Positions 42,822-60,937 of a stretch of DNA of 64,000 nucleotides are shown here, piece after piece. The notes under the pieces are model-generated. The model made no database searches. It saw only the letters and a program-made list of their open reading frames with translations, and had not been told where the DNA came from. The first letter of the stretch is position 1. Each line of letters starts with the position of its first letter. The stretch is taken from the NCBI GenBank assembly GCA_000004695.1, contig CM000154.2, positions 2,752,001-2,816,000 on the forward strand, given 5' to 3'. The DNA is from Dictyostelium discoideum (Eukaryota). The translations under genes were made by a program, and so were the position numbers.

Positions 42822-45698
42822 ATGAAGTTTAGAGATCTTTTAAATGATCATATTATTAGTCATTGGAGAGATAAATATATTGATTATGAATATTTAAAGG
42901 ATTTAATAGATAGAGAATATCATAATGCACCAAATTCATTAAATAATAGTATGATGATTGATATGTCACAATCAATCAATAATACAATCGCCGAACAATA
43001 TAGTGTCAATGATATTTCATCAATGGTAACCAAAGGTGGTATAAATGATTCACCAACTACAGATATTGAAGTGGATGAAACTGCAGATAGTCCAGCTATA
43101 CCTTCACCAATTATAAGTCACAGTAATATTAATAGTAATAATAATAATAATGGTGGAACAAATAGTGTTGGATTTTCTCATCTTCATAGACAATTAAATA
43201 GACAAAATAGCAATCTTAAAAATAGTAGTAATAGTATTAATTTACTTAAAGCCGATGATTCAAATAATATTGAAAAACATGTAAAATCATATTTTGATCA
43301 AAGAAATAATAACAACAATATTAATAACATCAATAACAATAATAATAATAATAGTAATAATAGTAATAATAGTAATAATAATAAAACAATTAAAAATACA
43401 AGAAATATTATAGCAGATGATGATGGTGGTAATGAAGATACTACACTTGGATCACCATTTAGTTCACCATCAATTGGATCACCACCAATGTCATCACCAT
43501 CACCAAAGATGTTAAAACAAGAATTACATTCACCATTGTTAACATCAGAAAAGGATGAAGATGAAGAGGAAGAAGGAGAAGAAGAAGAAGATATTGAAAT
43601 GGAGCAATTGGAATTGGATGATCATGATAAAAATACAACTATCAATATGACAGCCAATGGTAGTAGAGGAAATTTACGTAAAGGAATGAATCAATTTGTT
43701 AAAACAATACCGCAAAATATAAAACAATTAAATAGTCAAATTAGTAATTCATTTTTAAAATTTGGTGGTATGGTTAAAGGCGATAAAAGTAATGATAAAA
43801 ATAATGATAAAAGCAATGATAAAAATAATAATAAAAATAATAAAAATAATAATAATAATAATAATTTAAATGATGAAGATAATTTTGATATGATGACATC
43901 ACAAATTGAAAAAGTATTAAATAATAAAGATAATATGAAATTAATGGAAAGTTGTACATTTACAACTAAAGAGAATTTTCAAACAGCATTTGTTGATCAA
44001 GTTAATAAGGTTGATTCATTTTTTGTTGAAAGATATAGAAAGACCAAAGAGAAATGTGTTGAACTTTGTAATATGATTCCATTTTTATCAACAAATGAAC
44101 AATTGAGAACAATTAGAAATATTGAATTTGTAAAACAAGGATTTCAAGACAATTATCATTATTTAGAATCATTGGAAGCATTTAAAGAATTGAATATTAA
44201 AGGTTTTAAAAAGGTATTGGAAAAGTATGAAAAAAAGAATCGTATAATTTCATCAGAATGTAGAAAATATTTAGAGAATACTAGAATCTTTGAAAATGAT
44301 AGTCCAGTTAGATTTTTATCACATAGAATTAAACATTTGTATGCACGTTATTTCACTGGTAATGATGTAAAGTTGGCATCCAATCAAATTAAAACCTATG
44401 CAGAGGATGAACGTTTTCAAAAGTATAATCTATTCACAATTGGTTTACTAATTGGTGTTTGCATTGTGTTGGGAATTCAAGTTGTATTCAATTACTATTA
44501 CTATTATCCACACGAACAACCACCAATCGATTCACCATTGGCATGGTTATTATTCCGTATTTCACTGCTACCCATTCTATTGGGTACAATGTTTTCATTG
44601 ATGTCGTTTATTTGGGAAAAGAGTGGTATAAATTATGTATTCATATTCGAGTTTAAACCTGACCATAAGAGATCGCCTGGACGTTATTTAAAGTATGGTT
44701 TAATTTTCAATACACTTTGGCTGTTGGCGTTAAATCTCTATATAGATTCATCATCTCATCAAAATACAACAAGATACTTGATTCTAATTCCAATAGTTTT
44801 CGTATTGATCACTTTGATCATCGGTATTCAACCATTTCCAATAATGGCACATCGTACTCGTTTTTGGGTTTTGAAGAAGATCGTCAAGGTAGTTTCAGCT
44901 CCATGGGTGCCTGTAAGATTTCCAGATTTCTTTATGAGTGTTCAGTTGCTAAGTCTTGGTGAATTCCTTTTCAATATTCAATCAATGGTTTGTGTTTTCA
45001 ACTATAGTGCATTGGATCCTGAAGAGGTGAAATTTTGTTCACAATCCCGTTTCTTTGCTTTACCAGTTTTAAATGCCTTACCATATTGGTGGCGTGTTGC
45101 TCAATGTTTTAGACGTTATTATGAAACTCGTCAATTCTTTCCACATATTACAAGTGCAATTCGTTCAATCTTTTCAATTATTGCATTGGTTTTAAATTAT
45201 ATTGCATTGGAATATTCTCAACATGATTGGAGTATTATCAAGATAGCTTGGTTTGGTATTAATGTGGTTGGTAGCTTTTATAAATTCTATGCCGATATGT
45301 CTGTAGATTGGGGTTTCTTTAATAATTATAAAACCAATCCTGCTTGGCCATTAAGAGAGAAATTGGTTTTCAAAAAAAAATGGATCTATTATGTTGCAAT
45401 CACTTTGGATTTCTTTTTAAGATTCACTTGGTTAATCATTTTCTCAATTAGAAAAGGCTCAAAACATAGACTTGACAATCCACTCTTTTTATTCTTTTTC
45501 TCTCTAACTGAAGTGGTTTGGGCAACACAATTCATTTTCTTCCGTGTTGAATCTGAACATGTTCAATCTCCAGATACCTATAGTTCTTTCCAAGATATTC
45601 CAATTCCATTCTCTCAAGAATATAATAATTATATGGATGAAAAGAAAAAAAGAAGAAAAAGAAAACAAAAACAATCAAAAAGCAATAATAACAACAAC

Positions 45699-45731
<33 letters not shown>

Positions 45732-46064
45732 CGTCTTCATCATAATGATAGTAGTAATAATGTTGAAACTGATGAAACTATTACTTCTTCAAATAATACT
45801 GATAGTAGTCATCAAAAACAACCTCTAACTCATAATCGTCATCATAATCATAATCATAATCATCAAGATCATCATGATCTTTCTATTAATGATCATATGA
45901 ATCCTGATACTGGTGATATTAATTTCGATTCAAAAATCGATTATAAAGATGATGAAGCTTATAATTTAAGACAATCATCACTACGTACTTCAATTTCTCG
46001 TAATGCTTCCCATGTAGATTTAGGTCGTGTTTCTTCTCATAATGATTTAAATATAAGTAGAGGT

Positions 46065-46067
<3 letters not shown>
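42822..46067 (+). CDS. SPX-EXS domain protein (XPR1/PHO1/SYG1-like phosphate exporter homolog) with long poly-N/poly-S inserts
   Basis: The N-terminal SPX domain starts MKFRDLLNDHIISHWRDKYIDYEYLKDL. The C-terminal EXS region has multiple TM segments and conserved blocks (WWRVAQCFRRYYETRQF, FLRFTWLIIFS, FFRVE). Confidence 0.8.
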
Positions 46068-46101
<34 letters not shown>

Positions 46102-46333
46102 TTTTTTTTTATTTAAATAAATTTAAATAAATATTGTGTTAATATAAAATAAAATAATAAAAAAAAAAAAAAAGATAATTATCTTTGAAAAAGAGTAAAA
46201 AATTTTTAAAAAAATTGTATGAGATTTACTTTTTTGTTTTTTTGGGACAGAAGAAGATATTTAATTTTTAAAAAAAGATTTTATTGAAATAATGAAAAAA
46301 TGCTATAACTTTAACTCCTATAACGCTATTTAT

Positions 46334-46721
46334 TTAATTACAGCAATATTTTTTACCTATTTGGATATAGTTACATGAATCTAAATTCAAACCATTGGTA
46401 TCCATGAAGCTTTGGAGTGAGACTCCACATCCTTTTTTTAAACAGGTTATTAAAGATTGAAAAAAAAAATAATTAATAAAAATCCAGATTTTAATAGATA
46501 AACTTTAAAGTTTATAAAAAAAGGAGTTTTCAATCAAAGTTGTTAAAAATAATAAATTTTAATGATTTACCTCTACTCATGTCCCAGCAAGTGTAACCTT
46601 CCTCTGCATAATACCAGGAAGAACATCTTCCTTCAGTTTCAGCATTGGAAACGAAGGAAAAGACACATAAAACTAAACTTAAAACTACCAAAAAACTTAA
46701 AAACTTGTTTACAAAAAACAA
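46334..46721 (-). CDS. Small secreted Cys-rich protein, paralog A (82 aa). It has 2 exons, 46721-46571 and 46431-46334.
   Basis: Exon 1 encodes the signal peptide MFFVNKFLSFLVVLSLVLCVFSFVSNA followed by ETEGRCSSWYYAEEGYTCWDMSR. The donor is AG|GTAAAT and the acceptor is AAAAAAAG|. Exon 2 encodes GCGVSLQSFMDTNGLNLDSCNYIQIGKKYCCN*. The 8-Cys pattern is shared with paralog C. Confidence 0.5.
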
Positions 46722-46884
46722 TATAATTAGAATTGATTTTTATTTTTTTATTTTATATTTTTTTAATCTTCTAATATTTACTTTATTCATTCTTTAAAGG
46801 ATATATTTAATTGAAATACTATTTATTTAATAATTTGTTGCTCAATGTATTTCTTTTGGTTATTATTTTTTTCTTTTATAGTCG

Positions 46885-46917
<33 letters not shown>

Positions 46918-47898
46918 TAATAAATGCAAATTTTCAAATAAATTATATTAATTTTATATTAGTCATATAATACCACCAATTTATCTGAATTTTGGACCGA
47001 AAAAATATTAAAAGAAGAATAGAACAAAAAAATAAATAAATAAATAAAACTTGTAAATTCAATGGTATAAAATGATATAAACTCGTATGGACTAAAATAA
47101 TTAAGAATTGGAATTTGGTTGTTAGGCTTTTATATTAGATAGTACCAACAACTTTGTATTGATATATATGAAATTTTTTATTTTATTTAATTTTTTTTTT
47201 TAAAAAATAAAAAATTGGTGTGAATAGATAATTTGAAAAAATTATTTGTTTGTCTCAATCATATAATTAATTTGAATTTATTTATGTACTCATTAACAAA
47301 GGAGGCCATAAAATTAATTTTTTTATTTATTTTTCAAATTTATTATTTAATATCTATTTTAATAAAATAAAATAAAAAAAAAAAATAAAAATAAAAAAAG
47401 TAATTTTATATTATGGTAATTGATAAAAAAAATATTTTTAGTGGTTAAAATTATACAGATGGTTCTAATTAGAAATTGAATTGAAATTTAATCATTAAAA
47501 TGACAATTACATTAATGTTCTTGTCTTCAATAACAATTATAGATAAATATAATCTTTAGATAATATTTTCCAACTTTTATTTTTAAAATTTATATGATTA
47601 TCAATTTTTTCATTTTATTTAAATGATTTTTTAAATTTTAAAAAATTAATCATCAAATGAAATAATTTACGCTTCATATAACTTTCAGTATTTTTGAAAT
47701 TTGAAAATTTATTCAAAATTAATAAACATTACAATAAAAACTCATTAAAAGATAGTAGATGTTACAAGATTTATTTAACCAATTGTTTTTTTTTTTTGAA
47801 ATTGTATATTGGTTGTAGTTTCCTAAAAAGAAAATAAAAAAATAAGCTGAAAATATAGCAATAAAATAATGTAAAATAATTGATGAATTTTCATTATT

Positions 47899-47998
47899 NN
47901 NNNNNNNNNNNNNNNNNNNNNNNNNNNNNNNNNNNNNNNNNNNNNNNNNNNNNNNNNNNNNNNNNNNNNNNNNNNNNNNNNNNNNNNNNNNNNNNNNN
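47899..47998. other. Assembly gap (100 N)
   Basis: A run of n characters. Confidence 1.
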
Positions 47999-49441
47999 CA
48001 TTTAATTTATTTTATTTAAAAAATAATCATTTAATTTATTTTATTTAAAAAATCTCATTTTTGATAAACAATATTGAAAAGGCTTCATGTGCATTTTATT
48101 ATATTAGTTTTTTTTTTTTTTTAAAAAAATGGGGTTAATATAGCACTTTGTGTTTTCTTTTTTTATTTTGTTTATTTTTATTATTTTAATAAATGGAGTT
48201 ATTAAAAGTAGTTATTAAATTAATAATATTTAAATTTTAAATTGCAATTTAATAAGTTGATATAAGCAAAACCCATAATCGAATTAATCTCATTTTTATA
48301 ATACTAATAATTTAAACCTTATTTAAAAATGATTTAATTTTAATTCCCATAAATTTGAAATAATAGGGTAATACAAGCAAACCATATCATTGGAAAATAA
48401 TAAATAAAATAAAGGAATTTTATATATAATAGTTTATTAAATTTTAATTGATTATTAAAAAAAAAAAAAAATAATTGAAAAAAAAAAAAAAAAAAAAAAA
48501 AAATTTAAAAAAGATTTGAGGGTTTAGAAAAGAATAATATCATATAGAGATATTATTAAAATTTATTTATCATTATATTGGGCTAATAATTGAATAAAAA
48601 TCTCCTTTCTTATTATCCAAAAAGCAATTATCAAAATTTTAAATTGTTATTAAATTTAATAATTTTATGTTTTAATTTATATTATTATTTTTTATATTTT
48701 ATTTTTCACTTTTAAGTAAAAACTATTATTTAAAGAGTCAAACCCAAAAACAGTAACTTGATTTTACATAATATTTTAAATATTAAAAACTTTAATTTAA
48801 ATTATAATTTTAAGAAAATGGAAAATATAAGGACTTATATTAAATCCCTATTTTTTACATTTAAAAAAAAAAGAAAAATTTCTAAAGTCAATTACACATT
48901 AATTTTTTTTTTTTTATTATAAAAACCAACTGTCAAGTTTGAAACTTATACAAAAAATAGGTAGCAAAAAACAAAATTTAATTTAATTTTAAATTATAAT
49001 TTATTAGTATTGTTGTTGAATATTATCTTTTTCTTTTTTTCTTTTTTTTTTTTTTTTTTTTAAATAACCAACAAAATTAAAATTTAAATGTTTCATACCT
49101 CCTAAATTTCCCATTTCATTTTATTTTATTAATCATAAAAACCTCAATTCTTTAAATTGCGACAATATTTTCTACCAATTAGAACGTGTTTTCAATCAAA
49201 TTCTACGACATTAAAAAAAAAAAAAAAAAATTTGGATAAAATGATATTATTAAAATTTATAATTGTAATTAACTATTTAAATAATTACACTGGAAAAAAG
49301 AAACTGACAAATTTTATCCCATATCCAAAACTTAACCAAGTTTTATCTCTTAAAAAAAAAAAAAATTGGAAAATATAATTTTAAAGTTTGGACAAGAATA
49401 ATATCACAAAGAGATATAATTAAATTTTTATTTATCATCGT

Positions 49442-49653
49442 TTAATTACAACAATATTTTTCCCCACTATAATATTGCTGCAATCCTTTTTATAATTTAA
49501 ATTATTAATTTTCAAAAAAGAATTCAATGACAAATGGCAAGAAGTTGACATATCGATACAACTATGACTCAAAGCCCTTTCTGGCATGATGTAATCAGTG
49601 CAACCGTTTTCTTCAGCATTTAAGCCTACAGAGAAAAGAAATAAAGCAAATCA
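49442..49653 (-). pseudogene. Frameshifted paralog B of the small secreted Cys-rich family
   Basis: MICFISFLC is in one frame, …GLNAEENGCTDYIMPERALSHSCIDMSTSCHLSLNS… is in the +1 frame, and the C-terminal GEKYCCN* is in a third frame. This implies at least 2 frameshifts relative to paralogs A and C. Confidence 0.35.
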
Positions 49654-50473
49654 TGTTAAACTTAATAACTTAGATTTGGAATTAGTAAAAATAAAATTTG
49701 AAAAATAAAATTCGGTAATTTCTTATTTTTTGATGAGATAAAATTTGGTAATTTCTTTTTTTTAGTGTAATTTTTTGAACATTTTATTACAATTATAATT
49801 ATAATTCATACAAGCATAAAAAATTAATGGACAATTATAAAGTTGCAATTTTTTTTATTTATGGTCACCATAAATTGATTTTATTTTATTGGTTTTTTTT
49901 TTTTAACAAGATTGTTAATGTAATTAAAGATATAAAAAAAAACAAAAAAAGAAAAAAAAATTTAAAATTTTTTTGTTTGCTAAAACTTGTGCAAATAAAA
50001 CACCTAACAATAATCTATTTAATTTTTTTTTTTTTAATTTTTTTAGCAAATTACTATAGATATTTTTTTGGATATTTTTTAAAAATACCCCATAAAGGTT
50101 TTTTTTTATTATTATTTGGCCTAAAAAAGTTCTTTGTAACCAAAGTCACAACGAATTCCCATTGTATATTCCCAGACCAATGAACACCACATGTCTTCAA
50201 CAGATTTCTTTTTTCTCTATTTTTTATTAATCATTATTTTTTTTTTTTTATTTTTTATTTAGGATTAAAAAAAAAAAAAATAAATAAAAATCAAATAAAC
50301 AAAAAAAAAAACAAACAAAGCTTTTATATTAAAACAATTGTTCAATATTATATTTTTATTTTATTTTTTTAAAAAATCAACAAAATTAAAATTTAAATGT
50401 TTCATACCTATAAATTTTACAGTAAATTTCCCATTCCTTTTTATTTTATTAATCAGATAAAATTCCAATGCAC

Positions 50474-50686
50474 TTAATTACAACAATATTTTCTTCCAAT
50501 TTGGACGAGTTTACAAGCATTGTTATCCAATTTATTTGTACGCATGAATTGATCAAGAGTAACTTTACAAGAAGTGGCCATATCATAGCAGGTATAACCT
50601 TTTTGAGCTACATGCCAACTTGAACATGAACCCATTTCCTCGGCATTTGAACATGAGAAAGCACATAAAACTAAAACAAATGCCAA
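50474..50686 (-). CDS. Small secreted Cys-rich protein, paralog C (70 aa, intronless)
   Basis: The product is MAFVLVLCAFSCSNA|EEMGSCSSWHVAQKGYTCYDMATSCKVTLDQFMRTNKLDNNACKLVQIGRKYCCN. It has a signal peptide and 8 Cys. It aligns across the position where paralog A carries an intron. Confidence 0.5.
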   Translation of the reverse strand: MAFVLVLCAFSCSNAEEMGSCSSWHVAQKGYTCYDMATSCKVTLDQFMRTNKLDNNACKLVQIGRKYCCN

Positions 50687-51732
50687 TCCTATTAAATTTA
50701 AAAACTTTTGATTTTTTAAAAAATAAAATTAATATTACTTTTTTTTTTTTTTTTATATATTTTTATAATTTTTACCTTGTTCATTTTTATACTAATTTAA
50801 ATTTGAATATTTAATGTTTACTTTTTTTTTTGATGAATAATATAAAATAAAAAAATGATATTTATACCTTTTTCTTATTTAGGTTTTTTTTATTTTAATT
50901 TTATTTTTTTAATTAAAACTTTTAAAATTACAAATAGTGGTAATTAATACCAATAAACTAGTAATATTGTTACAAATATGCAATAAAATGACGATATTAA
51001 AAATAAAAATTAAAACTACACCAATAGCTTTAAATAGGAAATCTTAAAATTAAACAATAATTTCCTTTTTAATTTTTTATATCAATTTGAACATAATCAC
51101 ACATACTTTAATATTTAATTATATCAAAAAATAAAAAATAAAAAAAAAAATAAAAAATAAAAAAAAAAAAAAAAAAAAAAAAGTGGGGTTAAAATATTTG
51201 TAGATTAAAGTAATTATAGGAAATAAAAGATATTATATTAAACTTGGATTAGATTAAAATGTTAGTAGTATAATTTTTTAAAAGAAATTATAATTATATT
51301 AATTAATATATAAAAAAAAAAAAAAAATCTGGAAAATAAATTTTAAAGAAAAAAAAATTAAAGTTTAATTTATCAAATATATGAATGTAGTTTTTTTATT
51401 TAATATCCTATAAAATGAATTTTTGTTGGGAGATAATTATATTGTATCTTTTTTTCAAATAATTAAAAATTTAATCTTTTTATTAATTATTTTAATGATT
51501 TTAAGTTTAATTGGTATTTTTCTATTTTTTTTTTTTTTTTTTTTTTTTTTTGTTGGTATTGTTAAAAATAATTAAATTTTACACACAATATGAAATCCAA
51601 AAAAAATAAAAATGAAAAAAAAAAATAATTTCCAGTGCTTCAATATTTAAAAAGAAATGAATTTTATAATACAAAAAAATAAAGATTATTTATTAAAGAT
51701 TTTTTTTTTTTTTTAAAAAAAAATATCAAATA

Positions 51733-53584
<1,852 letters not shown>

Positions 53585-53657
53585 TATGTTTCTATTGATT
53601 TTTGTTTTTTTTTTTTTTTTTTTTTTTTAATATTAAAAATCAGGACTTAAATAAATA

Positions 53658-53702
<45 letters not shown>

Positions 53703-54079
53703 AAAAAAAAAAAATATCTATATTTTTTATTTGAAAAAAAAAACCAAAAAATGCATTTTTGCTTTGGTTTGACCAAAACATTCCCATTTTAAAATATAAA
53801 AATAAAAATAAAAAATAAAAAAAAAAAAATAAAAAAATTATTCCTCAAAAAAGAATATTGATAATTTTATGTTTTTATTTTATGAAATAATTGTTTTTAT
53901 GGATTAATAATTAATTAATTTTAATCAGACGTGTTTTTAAGTTAAATTGTTTTTTTTTTTTTTTTTTTTTCATTTTTTTTTTTTTTTATTTTTTTTTTTT
54001 TAATTTTTTATTTTTTTTATTTTTTTATTTTTTTTTTTTTTGAATAATTTTTTCAATTTATAAAGAAATCATATAAAAA

Positions 54080-54103
54080 ATGGTGAGTTCAAACTAAAGT
54101 TTA

Positions 54104-54134
<31 letters not shown>

Positions 54135-54391
54135 AAAGTAAATTAATTAATTCATTTAATATTTATTGATTTTAGGTTGCAATTTTCAACTTTCAAAGTT
54201 TATTAGTTGTAATATTATTATTTATTTGCACATGCACATATATTAGAGGGTCCTATCCATCACTTTTAGAAGTTAGAGATAAACATAGTTTTAGTGGTTT
54301 ACCGAGAAAAGCTGCAATTATAGGTGAAAGATTATCTCCATGGGTTTCAGCATGTTGTCTTATTATGGGTTTATGGACATTATATAATTAA
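54080..54391 (+). CDS. Kish / TMEM167 family small membrane protein (72 aa). Exon 1 is the ATG only (54080-54082), and exon 2 is 54176-54391.
   Basis: The ATG is followed directly by GTGAGT, and the acceptor is TTTTAG|. The product M|VAIFNFQSLLVVILLFICTCTYIRGSYPSLLEVRDKHSFSGLPRKAAIIGERLSPWVSACCLIMGLWTLYN matches the conserved Kish motif (AIFNFQSLL…ICTC.YIR…IGER.SP.V..CC). Confidence 0.7.
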
Positions 54392-54464
54392 AATCAAAAA
54401 AAAAAAAAAAACAATTTTCAAATCATAGGTGAAATAATAAATAAATAAATTCATGTACATATAG

Positions 54465-54504
<40 letters not shown>

Positions 54505-55298
54505 GGAAAAAAAAAAAAAAAAAAAACCATTACAATTGCTCAATATATTAAATAAAATAAATAAAATTAGTTAAAGAGAAATTAATTGAACACAACTGAC
54601 GATTTAATTTTTTTTTTTTTTTGAACACCTCATCCCAATTTGGGATGTGTTCTAGTTTTATTTAATTAAATTACAGTTTTAAAATAGATGGAGACTCTAT
54701 TATAAAAGGTATAATAATAATAATAATAATAATAAATAATAATAATAATAATAATAATTATAATTATAATTATTATCTTCTTCAAATGAGTCTTTAATTC
54801 TTCTTTAAACTTTGAGTTTCACACACCCAAATTCTATTCTTTCAGAGTAAATACCCCATTTTTTTATATACATACAATTTTATAAATTGATTAATTTAAT
54901 AATTGTTGTTGTGTGTAACAATTATTATTTAGATGATGTTTTTTTTTTTAATTATTTTTAGGGGAAGGTGTAATACAATCCAAGTACCAACTAAAATGGG
55001 CGAGATGCCTTTCAAGTCAGTGTTTTACCATACATGTAAAGGTTGTTCTTGGGTACAGGAACGACTCTGTCCAATTTATTTTAAGACAGAGTATTTGGGT
55101 ACCCATTTAATTGTTCGAATTTTAAAATTTCAAACTTTACTTTCCTATAACTACCGCTAATTACTCAATATAATTATGGGACATTTTTTTCGGTAAAAAA
55201 AAATTAAAAAATAAAAATAAAAATAAAAATAAAAAAAATAAAAAAAACGTTTTGCGTGAAAATATCTTAAAAAAAATTTGAAAAATTTATTATTATTT

Positions 55299-56075
<777 letters not shown>

Positions 56076-56141
56076 TATTCATTAACTTTATTAATTAATT
56101 GGTACTGTGTGGTGACTGTAATTTGAAATTGACTGTAAATG

Positions 56142-56188
<47 letters not shown>

Positions 56189-56376
56189 TTTTTGAAAAAA
56201 AAAAAAAAAAAAAAAATAAAATAAAATTATTGGTAAAAAAAAAAAAAATATCTGCGTAGTGGGGGATTTCTGATTAAAAATCGATTTTTTTTTTTTTTGT
56301 TGTTACTAATTCCAAATTATTGTTATTATTATTATTCATTTTTTTTTTTATATTTTATTTTTTATTTTATTAAATA

Positions 56377-57546
56377 ATGATTGAAACAGAAATTACAAAA
56401 CCAAAATATGAAATTCCATTTTCTAAAATGCATGGAGCAGGTAATGACTTTATAGTTTTTGAAAATAATAAAGTTAAAAGATTAGATGGTTCAGAAAATG
56501 AAATTACTTTAAAAGAACTAAAAGAGATTACATTAAAATTATCACATAGAAAATTAGGTGTTGGATTTGATCAAGCAATTATTATAAATAATAATCCAAA
56601 AGTTTTAAAATCTGCTCATTATGAAATGATTGTAATTAATTCTGATGGTGAGCAAGTAAGTAAATAATAAATAAATAAATAAGTAATATATAACACCCTT
56701 TATTTTTTTATTTTATTAATTTTTAATTTTTAAAAAAAAAAAAAAAACAAATAGGCATCAATGTGTGGAAATGGTGTTAGATGTTTTTCAAAATATATTA
56801 TTGATAATTGTATTGAGTCAAAGAGTTTAAATGGTACACCAAAATTAGTTGATGGAGGAGATATTGAACAAAAGATTGAAACATTAGCAGGATTAGTTAT
56901 AACATATCCAAAGATTACACACCATTTAAATCAATATAATTTAATGATGATTAAAGTTAATATGAATAATGCATTAGTATTAAAGACAAATCAATATAAG
57001 GATGACGAATTTGAAAATGTTTTAAATAAAAAAACAACAAATGAAAAAGCATATATTTACACAATTAAAGATTTATCATTACCACAATGCGATCAGTTAG
57101 AGTGTGTATTAGTGTCAATGGGTAATCCACATTGTGTAATATTTTTAGAAAGAAATATAGAGTTGGGTAATCTCTCCTCAACTGGTGTTGATTCAGCCTC
57201 AGATTTATCAATGATGAAAATTGATGAGATTGCAACTAAACTTCAAAAATTACCATTATTTAAAGATGGTTGTAATGTTGAGTTTGTAAGTACAAATAAT
57301 TCAAAATTAACAAATCGTGTAATTTCAAGAGTATTTGAACGTGGTGCTGGTGAGACATTAGCTTGCGGTACTGGTGCTTGTGGTGTTGCTGTTGCCTCAA
57401 TCCTCATGTCATATTGTACTCAAGATAAAGAAGTTACTGTATCAATGCCTGGTGGTGATTTATTAATTCAATGGTCAAGTGAAACTGGTGAAGTTTTTAA
57501 AACTGGTCCAGCTTGTACTGTATTTAATTCAAATATTAAATTATAA
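56377..57546 (+). CDS. dapF: Diaminopimelate epimerase (DapF family). It has 2 exons, 56377-56655 and 56755-57546, giving ~356 aa.
   Basis: The N-terminal signature is FSKMHGAGNDFIVFEN…LGVGFDQAIII. The first catalytic Cys lies in MCGNGVRCFSKYI. The block SMGNPHCVIF follows. The second catalytic Cys lies in RVFERGAGETLACGTGACGVAVASI. The C-terminal blocks are MPGGDLLIQW and TGPACTVFNSNI. The donor is CAA|GTAAGT and the acceptor is AAATAG|, phase 0. Confidence 0.85.
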
Positions 57547-57611
57547 AATAAATAAATATATAGTTTCATTTCTTATTATATCATATCATATTTTATTTTA
57601 TTTTATTTATT

Positions 57612-58612
<1,001 letters not shown>

Positions 58613-58628
58613 TTTTTAAACTTTAATA

Positions 58629-58701
<73 letters not shown>

Positions 58702-59195
58702 AATTTAAAATTAAAATTAAATTTTAAAAAATTGTAAAAGAAGATAGTTAGTTAAATTTGAATGATATAAATGGAAATATAAACCAAATTCATTAAATGT
58801 TTTTTAATTTTTTTAATTTTTTTTTTTTTTTTTTATTTTTATTTTTTTTTTTTTTTTTTTTTTTTTGTTCTGTTGACAGTAAATACAGTCAGAATTTTTG
58901 AGAACAAAAAAAACATTGTCAACAAATTTTTATTTTTTTTTATTTTTTTTTATTTTTTTTTTATTAATTTTTTAATAAAATTTTATTTTTTTTTTATTAA
59001 GTTTTTATTTTTTTTTTATTAAATTTTTAATTTAAATTGATTTTTTTTTTTTTTTTTTTTATTATTTTTTCTCACCATATTTTTTTGTAAATAGTAATAA
59101 TTAATAATAATTTTTTAAATTCTTTATTTTTTTAAACATATAAAAATTTTTTTTTTCCTTTGTATATTATTTTTTTTTCCATTTTTACATATTAA

Positions 59196-60803
<1,608 letters not shown>

Positions 60804-60937
60804 GTTTTGGTGCCAGAGTGAATAATAAATAAAAAAAAAAAAAATTTTTAACTCAAATAAAAACCAATCTAATAATAAATTTATTATTATTATTTTCACC
60901 TAAAAAAACACATTTATTTATTTATTTTTTATACACA

